Positions 42,543 to 51,269 of a DNA stretch of 64,000 nucleotides are shown here, piece after piece. The position numbers and the translations under genes were made by a program. How positions within the stretch are numbered: the stretch's first letter is position 1; each line of letters starts with the position of its first letter. Under the pieces are notes generated by a model that had not been told where the DNA came from, ran no database searches, and was given only the letters and a program-made list of their open reading frames with translations. The DNA comes from a candidate division FCPU426 bacterium (GTDB lineage: Bacteria > Oederibacteriota > Muellerivitia > Muellerivitales > Muellerivitaceae). The DNA lies in contig CAWHOE010000046.1 of assembly GCA_963830915.1 (NCBI GenBank), positions 64,001-128,000 on the forward strand, in the 5' to 3' direction.

Positions 42543-43460
42543 GGATAAAGGATTCTTGACCGAGTAGGGGCCCGTGCCGCCGCTCACCTTGACGATGACC
42601 GTCATCCCCGAGGACAAGGACAAAGGCACGTCCGCCGCGGAGGGCGGATTAGTGGTAGCCGACCCCAGAAGGACCTGGCTATTGTTGTAGATCCCCAGTC
42701 CCAGGGTTTGGTTGCTGTCGTAACAATCCAGCCAGAAGTTCCAGGTCCCGGTCGCTCCCACCTGAAGTTGGTAATAATCCACATCCGTTCCATTGCAGGT
42801 CGCCGCCGCCGATAAATTGCCGTTGATGATTTGCGAAACGGTGATCGGTACGGTTTGGACCTTTTCAGCGGTGGCAAAGGAATCGTTCAACCCGCAAGCG
42901 GAAGGAGCTTCAGCTTCTGTGTATACGTTGGCTGGCGTCGCGGTCTGGGTCACGGTCACGGTGCATTGGATGAATGGGGTGAAAGTGCCGGTAGCGGTCG
43001 GGGAAGGAGTCGCCGTATTGGCAGGTGAGGTAGGGGTGGCTGTGTTTGAGATCGTGGCAGATGGCGTCAAGGAAGGCGTGGCGGTAAAGGATGGCGTCGA
43101 GGTCAAGGGCGGGTTGGTCGCTGTCGGCGAAGGCGTGAATGATTTGGTGGGTGATAAGGTCGAGGTCACGGAAGGCGTCGCGGTGGACGCGGGAATGGTC
43201 GAGGTAGCCGTAGTGGAAGGAGTGAATGAATGCGTGAAAGTTGGTGTAGCCGTCAAAGGCGGGTTGGTTGATGTGGGCGAAGGCGTAACAGACGCCGTGA
43301 AGGTGCCGGTCAGAACTGGCATCAACGTATTGGTCGGTGTCGCCGTGGGCGGCAAAGCCAAGGTCGGGCTGACCGGGGTTTCCAAGGACCGGTTAGTACA
43401 GGCCAATGGCCCTATCACTAGGACCGAAAAGATCGTGATGATTAGTAAAGGCTGTCTCAC
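42539..43460 (-). CDS. Thr/Pro-rich lipoprotein with C-terminal PPC-like domain (apparent 1-bp insertion near its 3' end)
   Basis: Lipobox GPLAC, TPT stalk, E..ND.FATA...DVDYY. Removing one A near 42555 gives ...YSVKILYP* ending at 42539, tail-to-tail with the rqcH stop. Confidence 0.75.
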
Positions 43461-43510
43461 TTAAACCTCAAAACATGATTTGTTAATAAAAACGGCAATA
43501 TTTGTACCAT

Positions 43511-43537
43511 TAAAACCCTTTGTTTAAAGGGGTTTTA
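43511..43537. terminator. Possible terminator hairpin
   Basis: taaaaccc...gggtttta inverted repeat between the GNAT gene and the lipoprotein gene. Confidence 0.4.
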
Positions 43538-43634
43538 GTGGGTCGCTTCTCGATTTTTCCTGAAAATCGTTAAATTTCTAGCTTTTTAGGTGTCTTATGA
43601 ACTTTTTTTGACATCTTCCGTTTTGGCGACCCAC

Positions 43635-44090
43635 TCAGCGATGAATGGACCAAACTCGGCTTCGTCGGGAATGTTTGAACCCCATCTTCTTGTAAAAACC
43701 TTCCGTCGGTCCTTGGAAGGTCATGGTGTAGAGGGTCGTCAGCCGATGTTTCTTTTTGAATATTCGGACCTGGCCGATCAAAGCCTTTCCGATCCCCTGT
43801 TTTTGAAAATAGGGATGGACCGCCATCTCCAATATCTCTCCATAGTTCCCCTTTGAGCCGACCTTGACGCGGAGGAAGGCGAAACCGATGGGATGATCGT
43901 AGGCCGCCGCGGTCCAACCCTGGTGGTCGGAAGAACGGAACATTTGGGAAACCCGTTGGGAGGCGCTGGTCAGGGACCATTTTTCCGGATAAGGCTCGGA
44001 GGAAAAACAGGTCCGGTAGATCAAAGAAAGGGACGGAAGGTCGGTCTTCTTGGCCGGCCGGACCAGGAATGGGATCGGCTTGTGGCTCAA
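43635..44090 (-). CDS. GNAT N-acetyltransferase
   Basis: VRPAKKTDL, EMAVHPYFQKQGIGKAL, FYKKMGF. TTG start overlaps the upstream TGA. Confidence 0.88.
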   Translation of the reverse strand: MSHKPIPFLVRPAKKTDLPSLSLIYRTCFSSEPYPEKWSLTSASQRVSQMFRSSDHQGWTAAAYDHPIGFAFLRVKVGSKGNYGEILEMAVHPYFQKQGIGKALIGQVRIFKKKHRLTTLYTMTFQGPTEGFYKKMGFKHSRRSRVWSIHR

Positions 44091-44737
44091 GCGGGCTTCC
44101 GGTGCTCGTCCACCCAGTAGGCCCAGAGGATGAACAGCCACTGGCTCATGGAGACCCAAGCTACGACCATGGGATTGATGGGCGGCTTGCCGAATAGACT
44201 GCCGGCGTAAACCAGCACCAGGACCGCCACCAGGGACCAAAGCCCATATTGGCCGATCTTATCCTTCGGTTTGGTCGCCAGCAGGTAGAATTCCAACCCA
44301 AAAACGAAAAGGGCGCCCTCCAGGGCGATCGTGCCGAATTGTGAATTCCATAATCCCAGGCCCCAGACCGGCCCGCCGCTCGGCAGTAAGGGAAGGTCGG
44401 GACGGTGAACGATCAGGTCCAGGACCCAATGGCTCGCCACTAGGGCGCCCATGATCCAGGCGGTCTTGTTGTTCTTTCCCAGGATCAGATAGATCAGTCC
44501 CCAACCAGCGGCCCAGGCGGCTACCATGACAAGGCTGTGGCTGAGGGGATAATCATAAAAATCGAAGGGCGAGACCTTGGTGACGCCAGGGCTGACCCGG
44601 ACATGCTCCATCCCCAGGATCAGGAATACGGGCCACAGCAGGTCCAGCCATTGGGAAGCCGCGAACAGCGTTCCCAGGGACTCCTTAGGGGCGATCTTTT
44701 TTGCCGCGAAACCCAGCGCGAAATGTCCGAGGAACAT
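44087..44737 (-). CDS. Membrane-bound metal-dependent hydrolase-like protein
   Basis: MFLGH, DLLWP, SHSL, SHWVLDLIVH, GLGLWNS; multiple TM segments. Confidence 0.8.
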   Translation of the reverse strand: MFLGHFALGFAAKKIAPKESLGTLFAASQWLDLLWPVFLILGMEHVRVSPGVTKVSPFDFYDYPLSHSLVMVAAWAAGWGLIYLILGKNNKTAWIMGALVASHWVLDLIVHRPDLPLLPSGGPVWGLGLWNSQFGTIALEGALFVFGLEFYLLATKPKDKIGQYGLWSLVAVLVLVYAGSLFGKPPINPMVVAWVSMSQWLFILWAYWVDEHRKPA

Positions 44738-44761
44738 AATCGTTCCCTCCTTTTTTGATCC

Positions 44762-45754
44762 TTATTTTTTGGTCAAGGCGACTATCAAGGCCGCCAGACC
44801 CACCACCAAAGCCCCGCCCGCCAGATATTTGGAGTTCAAGGCCTGGTCCAGGGGGCTCTCGCCCGCCGCCGCGCTGCTTTTATCCAGCTTGGCCACTTCC
44901 TGCTTCAGCACGCTCACATCCTCGACGTTGTCCCTCAGGTCCTTGTGCATGACCGTCAACTCTTCCTGCAGTTCGGTGTCGGTGATGTTCTTCTCATTGG
45001 CCTTTTGGGAAACCTGGTCCAGTTTATCCCCTGTCTTTTTCAGGTCTTCCTGGACTGTGTCCAAGAGCTTCTTCACCAGCTTCAGCTGTTCCTGCTCATC
45101 CGAGCTGATACCCTTGACCTCGTCACCGCTTTTCTGCAAAGCGTCCATTTTTTTGTCGTAAGCATCCCTCATATCAGAGGTCTTTTTATCCAGGTCCTTC
45201 AGGGTGCCCTTCAAGTCTTCCCATTCCTGGCGGGTGGGTCCCGGGATCGGGGTGGGGGAGGGTGAGGGGACGACCACGGGGGTAGGCGTCTCGACGGCCG
45301 GATCGGCCGCTGGCGTGCCGGAAGCCGTGACAAGCGCGCCGTTCAAGGCCGCGATCATCTTCTTGATCCGGCTCTCGAACTTCCAGACCGAGACCTTCCG
45401 ATCCCGGATATCATCCGAATAATCCTGCGCCAGTTTCAACAGGCTTTGCAGGTCCTCCGCCTTGTACCGGGGATCGCCCGGTTTCAGGGTCTTCAGGTCC
45501 ACATTGGCCAGGCTTGTGTTGATGGCCACCAGGGCGTCCGTGACATCGTCCTCGGAAAGGTTCTTGGCCGAAAGGTAGAAGTCTTTTTTATCCGTCAGGT
45601 AGCCCGCCTTGACCAATTGCTGGACCACCCGGACCTCATCGGCGGAAGCCGCGTCCTGGTCGTCCTGAGCCAGCGCCAATTGGACCATTCGGGGAGTGAA
45701 TACCATCAACAGCGCCAAGAAAGTGACGAGTGCTCGTTTAGCCAAAGTGATCAA
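44762..45754 (-). CDS. Hypothetical exported coiled-coil protein with C-terminal membrane anchor
   Basis: Signal peptide, Pro/Thr linker, long heptad region, hydrophobic C-terminus followed by KK. Confidence 0.7.
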   Translation of the reverse strand: MITLAKRALVTFLALLMVFTPRMVQLALAQDDQDAASADEVRVVQQLVKAGYLTDKKDFYLSAKNLSEDDVTDALVAINTSLANVDLKTLKPGDPRYKAEDLQSLLKLAQDYSDDIRDRKVSVWKFESRIKKMIAALNGALVTASGTPAADPAVETPTPVVVPSPSPTPIPGPTRQEWEDLKGTLKDLDKKTSDMRDAYDKKMDALQKSGDEVKGISSDEQEQLKLVKKLLDTVQEDLKKTGDKLDQVSQKANEKNITDTELQEELTVMHKDLRDNVEDVSVLKQEVAKLDKSSAAAGESPLDQALNSKYLAGGALVVGLAALIVALTKK

Positions 45755-46038
45755 GATTTCCCCGCTTCCCGAACCGAATCGGACATGTGTTTTTCATAAA
45801 GATAATCCAGCATCGACACCAACGTGAAACCGCCGCCAAGGATGACGAAGATGAACTCCATCACACCCGAGGTCACATCGTCCCAAACGCCCCCGCAGGT
45901 GAAAAAACTGATGACCGCCAGTATGACCAGGAAGCCCCAGAAAAGCAGGTTGGCGTAGAGATATTCCTGCGCCACCGTCAGGCGCTTAATCTGTGTCTTT
46001 GAGTTTTGCTTATCATTCACCACTTTTTCCTCATCCAA
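45751..46038 (-). CDS. Hypothetical membrane protein (2 TM)
   Basis: Two hydrophobic helices; overlaps the start of the next gene. Confidence 0.6.
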   Translation of the reverse strand: MDEEKVVNDKQNSKTQIKRLTVAQEYLYANLLFWGFLVILAVISFFTCGGVWDDVTSGVMEFIFVILGGGFTLVSMLDYLYEKHMSDSVREAGKS

Positions 46039-46110
46039 TCCCAGTTCTAAATTTTGAGTTTTGGGTCCTAAGTTAATGCCAGTTTCAACTCATAGCTCAA
46101 CACTTAGAAC

Positions 46111-46694
46111 TTAAAACTTCGCCCGCGATCCCGGCTTGACCACCGGCGATCCCTGTTTGCAAAGGGGGCAATCCTTCTCTTCCCAGCTTTCCACCTTCTG
46201 GGCCACCAGGGCCTTCATCGGCACGTCAAAAACCTTGTTCGCCCCGCCGCTGCGGTCGATCAGGCATCCCACTCCCACCACATCCGCCCCGAGGGTCCTC
46301 ATGACCTGGATGGTCTCCTTGACCGACCCGCCCGTGGTGATGACATCCTCCACCGCGAAACCTTCTCGCCTTTTTCCACCGAGAAACCCCGGCGCAGTTC
46401 CATGGCGTCATTCTCTTTATTACGTTCGGTGAAAATGGCCCGTACTTTCAAGGCCCTGGCCAACTCCTGGCCCACGATCAGTCCCCCCAGGGCGGGCGAT
46501 ACGACCGCCTGGGGATTCAGTGGCTTGACCATCTCGGCCAAGGCCGAGCAAAGCTTCTCGGCGTACCAGGGGTACTGGAGCACCAGCGCGCATTGCAGGT
46601 ACCGGTCGCTATGACGGCCGGACGAAAGGCGGAAATGGCCCTTCAGCAGGGCCTGGGTCTGTTCGAATACTTCCATCACTTCGTCGTTATTCAT
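46111..46694 (-). pseudogene. pyrE: Orotate phosphoribosyltransferase with a 1-bp frameshift near 46359 (likely sequencing error)
   Basis: GHFRLSSGRHSDRYLQCA...LRRGFSVEKGEKV in one frame; AVEDVITTGGS...CPLCKQG.PVVKPGSR in the next. Confidence 0.9.
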
Positions 46695-46724
46695 AATGGT
46701 CCTTTCCGATATGGGTGCGGCGGA

Positions 46725-47546
46725 TCAAGAGAAATGAGGCTTCATCGCTTCCACGAGCTTCTTGGCCTGTTCCCGGGCCGCGTCGGCGAAATCATTTTCC
46801 TGGGACGCGTAGAGTACCTGCCGGGAGACGTTCACCAGTATCCCGTAACCATCCTTGGTCTTGCCCTCGGCAAGGACGCCCTGCAGGTCCCCGCCTTGGG
46901 TGCCAACGCCGGGGACGAGGAAAACCGTGTCCGGCACCAGCGCCCTCAAGTCTTTCAAGAACTTCGTCTGGGTAGCCCCCACGACCAGGCCGATCTCGCC
47001 TTTTTTTCCCTGGGCCCATTGGACCGCGGTCTTGGCGACATGCTCGTAAAGTTTTTGCCCATTCTGGAGGGTCTGAAGCTGGAAGTCGGCGGAAGAGGGG
47101 TTGGAGGTCAGGCACAGGACGAAGGAACAGGTCCCGGGATATTCGAGGAAGGGCTCGATGGAATCCTTCCCCATATAAGGGGAGAGGGTGATGGCGTCCG
47201 AGGTCAAAAGGCCGTAAAAGGCCTTGGCGTAAGCCTGGGAGGTGTTGCCGATGTCGCCCCGTTTGGCGTCGGCGATGAACAGGGTGTCGTAGGGAACGGA
47301 TTGGCGCAACAATTCCAGAATCTCGAAACCGGTGGGTCCCAGGGACTCGAAGAAAGCCAGGTTGGGCTTGTAAGCGACCGCCAGGTCCTTGGTCGACTCG
47401 ATGATGGAACGGCAGAATCTCAGGATGCCGTCGCGGTCATGGGACAAACCCTTGGGCATCTTGGCCAGGTCCACGTCCAATCCCACGCACAGACAGCCAT
47501 GGGTCCTTTGGATCGCGGTTTTCAGTTTTTTGGAAAAAGTGCTCAT
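46725..47546 (-). CDS. pyrF: Orotidine-5'-phosphate decarboxylase (subfamily 2)
   Basis: LCVGLD, YKPNLAFFE, DAKRGDIGNT, CLTSNP, VVGAT, LVPGVGTQGG. Confidence 0.96.
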   Translation of the reverse strand: MSTFSKKLKTAIQRTHGCLCVGLDVDLAKMPKGLSHDRDGILRFCRSIIESTKDLAVAYKPNLAFFESLGPTGFEILELLRQSVPYDTLFIADAKRGDIGNTSQAYAKAFYGLLTSDAITLSPYMGKDSIEPFLEYPGTCSFVLCLTSNPSSADFQLQTLQNGQKLYEHVAKTAVQWAQGKKGEIGLVVGATQTKFLKDLRALVPDTVFLVPGVGTQGGDLQGVLAEGKTKDGYGILVNVSRQVLYASQENDFADAAREQAKKLVEAMKPHFS

Positions 47547-47704
47547 TTTGTTTCCGGTTTTTCCAGGATTTTCGAATTCCGGCCGAGGAGGCATCCTCAA
47601 GAGATGCATTGTAACGAATCTTTAGGCCCATCGTTACAGTTATTTAATGGCGCCCATTTATATTCCAAGCCAACAAAAATAAAAAAGAAGGACGGAGGCT
47701 GCCC

Positions 47705-47908
47705 ATGAATTCCACAACTCTCGAGTCGATCTTCCAGGAATGCGATTTTTGCAAGATCAAAGGGACCTTGGGCCAGAACATCTTCAACAAGGACGGTTGG
47801 TATTTCTGCAAACCCTGTCTGTTGGAGATCGAACACGAGATCAAAACGAGGGCGGAAAAGAACTCCCAAAAGTACAATGCGCTTTCGATCAGCGAGAATA
47901 AAAACTAG
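47705..47908 (+). CDS. Small putative zinc-binding protein (CxxC...CxxC)
   Basis: GGAGG RBS, CDFC...CKPC, fills the intergenic gap. Confidence 0.6.
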   Translation: MNSTTLESIFQECDFCKIKGTLGQNIFNKDGWYFCKPCLLEIEHEIKTRAEKNSQKYNALSISENKN

Positions 47909-47935
47909 GAAGGAAGCGACCCTTCCGAACATCCG

Positions 47936-48676
47936 TCACTTTTGGTTGATCACGCCCTGGAGGAATTGGGCGACGTCGGCCACCATCGCGTCCGTGACCT
48001 CATGGCCTGCGGGATATTCCTTGAAGATGGGTTGATATCCCGCCTGCTTGACCGCCGCGACGGTCCTCGCGGTCAGGTCCTCGGAAATGATCCTGTCCTC
48101 GGTCCCGTGCAGGATCAGGATGGGAAGGTTGAGCGGCGCCTTGGGCCTAGCCAAGGTCTTGCTAGGGTCCCAGATATAACCGCCCATCGAGACGATCGCC
48201 GCGACCTTGCCTTTATAATTCAACCCAGCCTCCAGCGACATGACCGCTCCCTGGGAAAAACCCATCACGATGATGGGCCGGGGATGGTTGGGCTTTCCCT
48301 TGACGGCGGAAAAACGCCTCATCAAGCCGAATAAATAATCCCGGCTTCTGACCATGTCCGCCCGATTATTGGTCGGCAAGTCGTACCAGCCATAAGCGTA
48401 GGGCCCCACGGTCATGATGCCGTCCGGAAGGACATAGCGGCAGGGAGGCAGGTTCATTTCCTCGATCAGCGGGAATAAGTTGGCGCTGTTAGCGCCCAAT
48501 CCATGCAGGATGAATACGACCGGCGCGTCATCGGGGATCTGGACCGGGCCGGCCACCAGGCATCGGTGTCCCTGGACTTCTATCTCGGAAAAGATCGGGC
48601 CAGCGCTCGCCAGAGCGGTCATCCCGAAGACGCCCAGCGCCGCCAGCAAAACGCATAAGGGTGATCTTGTTTTCAT
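47936..48676 (-). CDS. Exported phospholipase/carboxylesterase (alpha/beta hydrolase)
   Basis: LHGLG, GFSQGA, HGTEDRII, GHEV; signal peptide. Confidence 0.9.
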   Translation of the reverse strand: MKTRSPLCVLLAALGVFGMTALASAGPIFSEIEVQGHRCLVAGPVQIPDDAPVVFILHGLGANSANLFPLIEEMNLPPCRYVLPDGIMTVGPYAYGWYDLPTNNRADMVRSRDYLFGLMRRFSAVKGKPNHPRPIIVMGFSQGAVMSLEAGLNYKGKVAAIVSMGGYIWDPSKTLARPKAPLNLPILILHGTEDRIISEDLTARTVAAVKQAGYQPIFKEYPAGHEVTDAMVADVAQFLQGVINQK

Positions 48677-48742
48677 GTCTTATCTCCCATTCGTTCAATT
48701 GGGATGTTTTCTTCATCCGATCGGACGTTCAGTTAAGGAAGG

Positions 48743-49255
48743 TCATTGTTTCGTGTCTTTCGGCCATTGCTTGACCTCCAGCTTGACCTTGGCCGTTCCC
48801 ACTTCCCTCATGCCGATGGCCCTTCCCGCCGTGCGGGACAGGTCGATGACCCGGCCCGCCACATAGGGGCCCCGGTCGTTGATCCTGACCTCGGTGGTCA
48901 TGCCGTTCTCCTCGTTGGTCACCTTCACGACCGTTCCCAGGGGCAGGGTCTTATGGGCGGCGGTATAAGCGTACATATCGTAGACTTCCCCGTTGGCGGT
49001 CAGGTGGCCGTTGAAATCGGCCCCGTACCAGGAAGCGTACCCTTCCATCTCGTTCTTCCAATCATCCTTGCCGATGGGTTTCTCAACCCGGTCCATCTCA
49101 AAGGTGACCGGCTTGTTCGACGAGGTTCCGCGGGATTCCCGGTAGATCTGTTGGCGTATGGGCACACAGCCAACGGTCAGAAGGGAGAGGGATAATATAA
49201 GAAGGAGGACGGAATTCTTAAGGAACAATGAGCGCCCCAACCAGGGAGGAGACAT
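48743..49255 (-). CDS. rlpA: Septal ring lytic transglycosylase RlpA-family lipoprotein
   Basis: Lipobox TVGC; GYASWYG..F.G..TANGEVYD...TAAHKTLPLGT; RINDRGPY...IDLS. Confidence 0.92.
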   Translation of the reverse strand: MSPPWLGRSLFLKNSVLLLILSLSLLTVGCVPIRQQIYRESRGTSSNKPVTFEMDRVEKPIGKDDWKNEMEGYASWYGADFNGHLTANGEVYDMYAYTAAHKTLPLGTVVKVTNEENGMTTEVRINDRGPYVAGRVIDLSRTAGRAIGMREVGTAKVKLEVKQWPKDTKQ

Positions 49256-50174
49256 TCGAGACCTTGTTCTCGACCATGTAAGCCTTCAGGCCGTTCACCA
49301 CGTTCAAGGCCGCGTTGGGCTCCAGGTAATTGGCGGTCCCGACCGCCACCGCCGTGGCGCCCGCCAGCAGATATTCCACCGCGTCCTCGCCTGTCACGAT
49401 GCCCCCCATGCCGATGATGGGAACTTTGACCGCCTGGCGCACCTGGTAGACCACCCTCAAGCCGATGGGTTTGACCGCCGGGCCGGACAGGCCGCCCGTC
49501 ACCCGTCGAAGCACGGGCTTGCGGGTCTTGGCGTCGATGGCCATGCCCACCACTGTATTGATGGCCGAAAGGGCGTCCGTACCGGCATCCACGCAGGCCT
49601 GGGCGATGACCTGGACGCTTGTGACATTGGGGGACAATTTGGTGATGAGGGTATGGGTCGTGGACTTCCGGACGGCCGAGACCACCTTGGCCGCCACTTC
49701 CGGGTTCGAGCCGAACTCGATGCCGCCTTCCTTCACGTTCGGGCAGGAAATGTTGATCTCCAGCGCCCCGATGCCCGGTTGGCCGTCCAACCTCGCGGCC
49801 AGTTCGGCGTATTCCTCGATGGTCCTGCCGTTGATGTTCACCACCGCCGGCACCCCCGCCTTCCGCAGGAAGGGGAGTTTTTCTTTCAAGAAAGCGTCCA
49901 CCCCGACGTTCTGAAGCCCGATGGAGTTCAGCATGCCCGACGGCGTCTCGGCCATGCGGGTCGTCAGGTTCCCGGCCCTGGGTTCCAGGGTGGTTCCCTT
50001 CACGATGATGGCTCCCAGGCTTTTCAAGGGATAGAACTTGGAGATCTCCTCGCCGTAACCGAAACAGCCGGAAGCGACCATGACCGGATTGACCATCCGG
50101 AGTTTCCCGATGACCACTTCCGTCACGAGGGCTTTTCCCGCGGGAGTCTTTGTTTTTTTGACCTGTTTTTTCAT
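49218..50174 (-). CDS. pyrD: Dihydroorotate dehydrogenase B, catalytic subunit
   Basis: NPVMVASGCFG, GMLNSIGLQN, EINISCPNV, KLSPNVT, GGLSGPAVKP. Confidence 0.96.
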   Translation of the reverse strand: MKKQVKKTKTPAGKALVTEVVIGKLRMVNPVMVASGCFGYGEEISKFYPLKSLGAIIVKGTTLEPRAGNLTTRMAETPSGMLNSIGLQNVGVDAFLKEKLPFLRKAGVPAVVNINGRTIEEYAELAARLDGQPGIGALEINISCPNVKEGGIEFGSNPEVAAKVVSAVRKSTTHTLITKLSPNVTSVQVIAQACVDAGTDALSAINTVVGMAIDAKTRKPVLRRVTGGLSGPAVKPIGLRVVYQVRQAVKVPIIGMGGIVTGEDAVEYLLAGATAVAVGTANYLEPNAALNVVNGLKAYMVENKVSNVSSLVGALIVP

Positions 50175-50995
50175 CCCAGTTTCTCCCAATCCACCGTAGC
50201 GCCGTCAAAGATCGGCCCTTCATAACAACTGCGGATCATCTTGATGGTCCCATCCCCCTGTTTGATGGGGCAGACGCAGGTCAGGCAGATGCCCAGACCG
50301 CATCCCATGTGTTCTTCCCAGGAAAGATAGGTGGGGATGCTGTATTTCTCGCCGACCATGGAAACGGCCTTGAACATGGGCCGGGGGCCGCAGGCGTAGA
50401 TGACCGTTCCCTTGGCGGTCTCATTGGCGTCCAGATAGTCGTCCAGGGCCTGGGTCACAAAACCTTTTTTGCCCTTGGATCCGTCGTCGGTTGATATATA
50501 GAGAGGGACCTTCAGCTTTTTAAAGACTTCCAGGTCGATCAGGTCTTTGGCCCCTCTGGCCCCGAGGAATACGGTCATGGGGACCTTTTTCTTTTTCAGG
50601 GTTTCTGCCAGAAAGACCAGGGGCGCGACCCCGATCCCCCCGCTCACGATCAGGACAGGATGCTGGCGGTCCAGGAAAGGAAAGGGATTGCCCAGGGGGC
50701 CCAGGATGCCCAAAGTCTCCCCGGGCTTCTTGAGGGTCAAAAGCCTGGTGCCTTCCCTCATCTTGGCGTAAAGGACCTCGATACGGGAATTGCCTTTGGG
50801 ACCTGGCATGACCCGGGCGATGGAAAAAGGCCTGCGAAGCAGGGGACTCAAGGCTTTCGAGAGGCGCACATTGATGAACTGGCCCGGCAGGGCATTCTTG
50901 AGGGTGCCGTTGTCCTGGAAGATCAGACGAAAATAATTCCCGACCGGTTCGTTGACCAGTATCTCTGCTTCGAAACTTTTGGGCTTATTCTTCAA
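50171..50995 (-). CDS. pyrK: Dihydroorotate dehydrogenase B, electron-transfer subunit
   Basis: PGQF, LRRPFSI, GPLGN, GGIGVAPL, CGP, MGCGLGICLTC...C.EGPIF. Confidence 0.95.
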   Translation of the reverse strand: MKNKPKSFEAEILVNEPVGNYFRLIFQDNGTLKNALPGQFINVRLSKALSPLLRRPFSIARVMPGPKGNSRIEVLYAKMREGTRLLTLKKPGETLGILGPLGNPFPFLDRQHPVLIVSGGIGVAPLVFLAETLKKKKVPMTVFLGARGAKDLIDLEVFKKLKVPLYISTDDGSKGKKGFVTQALDDYLDANETAKGTVIYACGPRPMFKAVSMVGEKYSIPTYLSWEEHMGCGLGICLTCVCPIKQGDGTIKMIRSCYEGPIFDGATVDWEKLG

Positions 50996-51269
50996 AAGAG
51001 GTCCTTGTCAGGAAGTGGATTCAGAATAATTCCCATTCCAGTTCGAATCAACCAATTTGAACGGCAAACTTACGATGACAAAAGACTGAACCCTTTTTTG
51101 CCACCGATTAACACCGATTAATAAAGATAGGAATTGAAAATTGGCACATCTATGTTCATACCACCCTTCTATAAAACAAAATATAGAACGTGGTATAGAC
51201 CCGCATTCATATAGAGTTTTATGGATATGTGGGGCATCGGTGGTTAATTATTTCTGTTAGAATTCATCC

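Noticed and set aside
51101..51243. ccaccgattaacaccgatta ... atcggtgg inverted motif as a MITE
   Set aside because: Only about 8 bp of complementarity, a single instance, and no target-site duplication.
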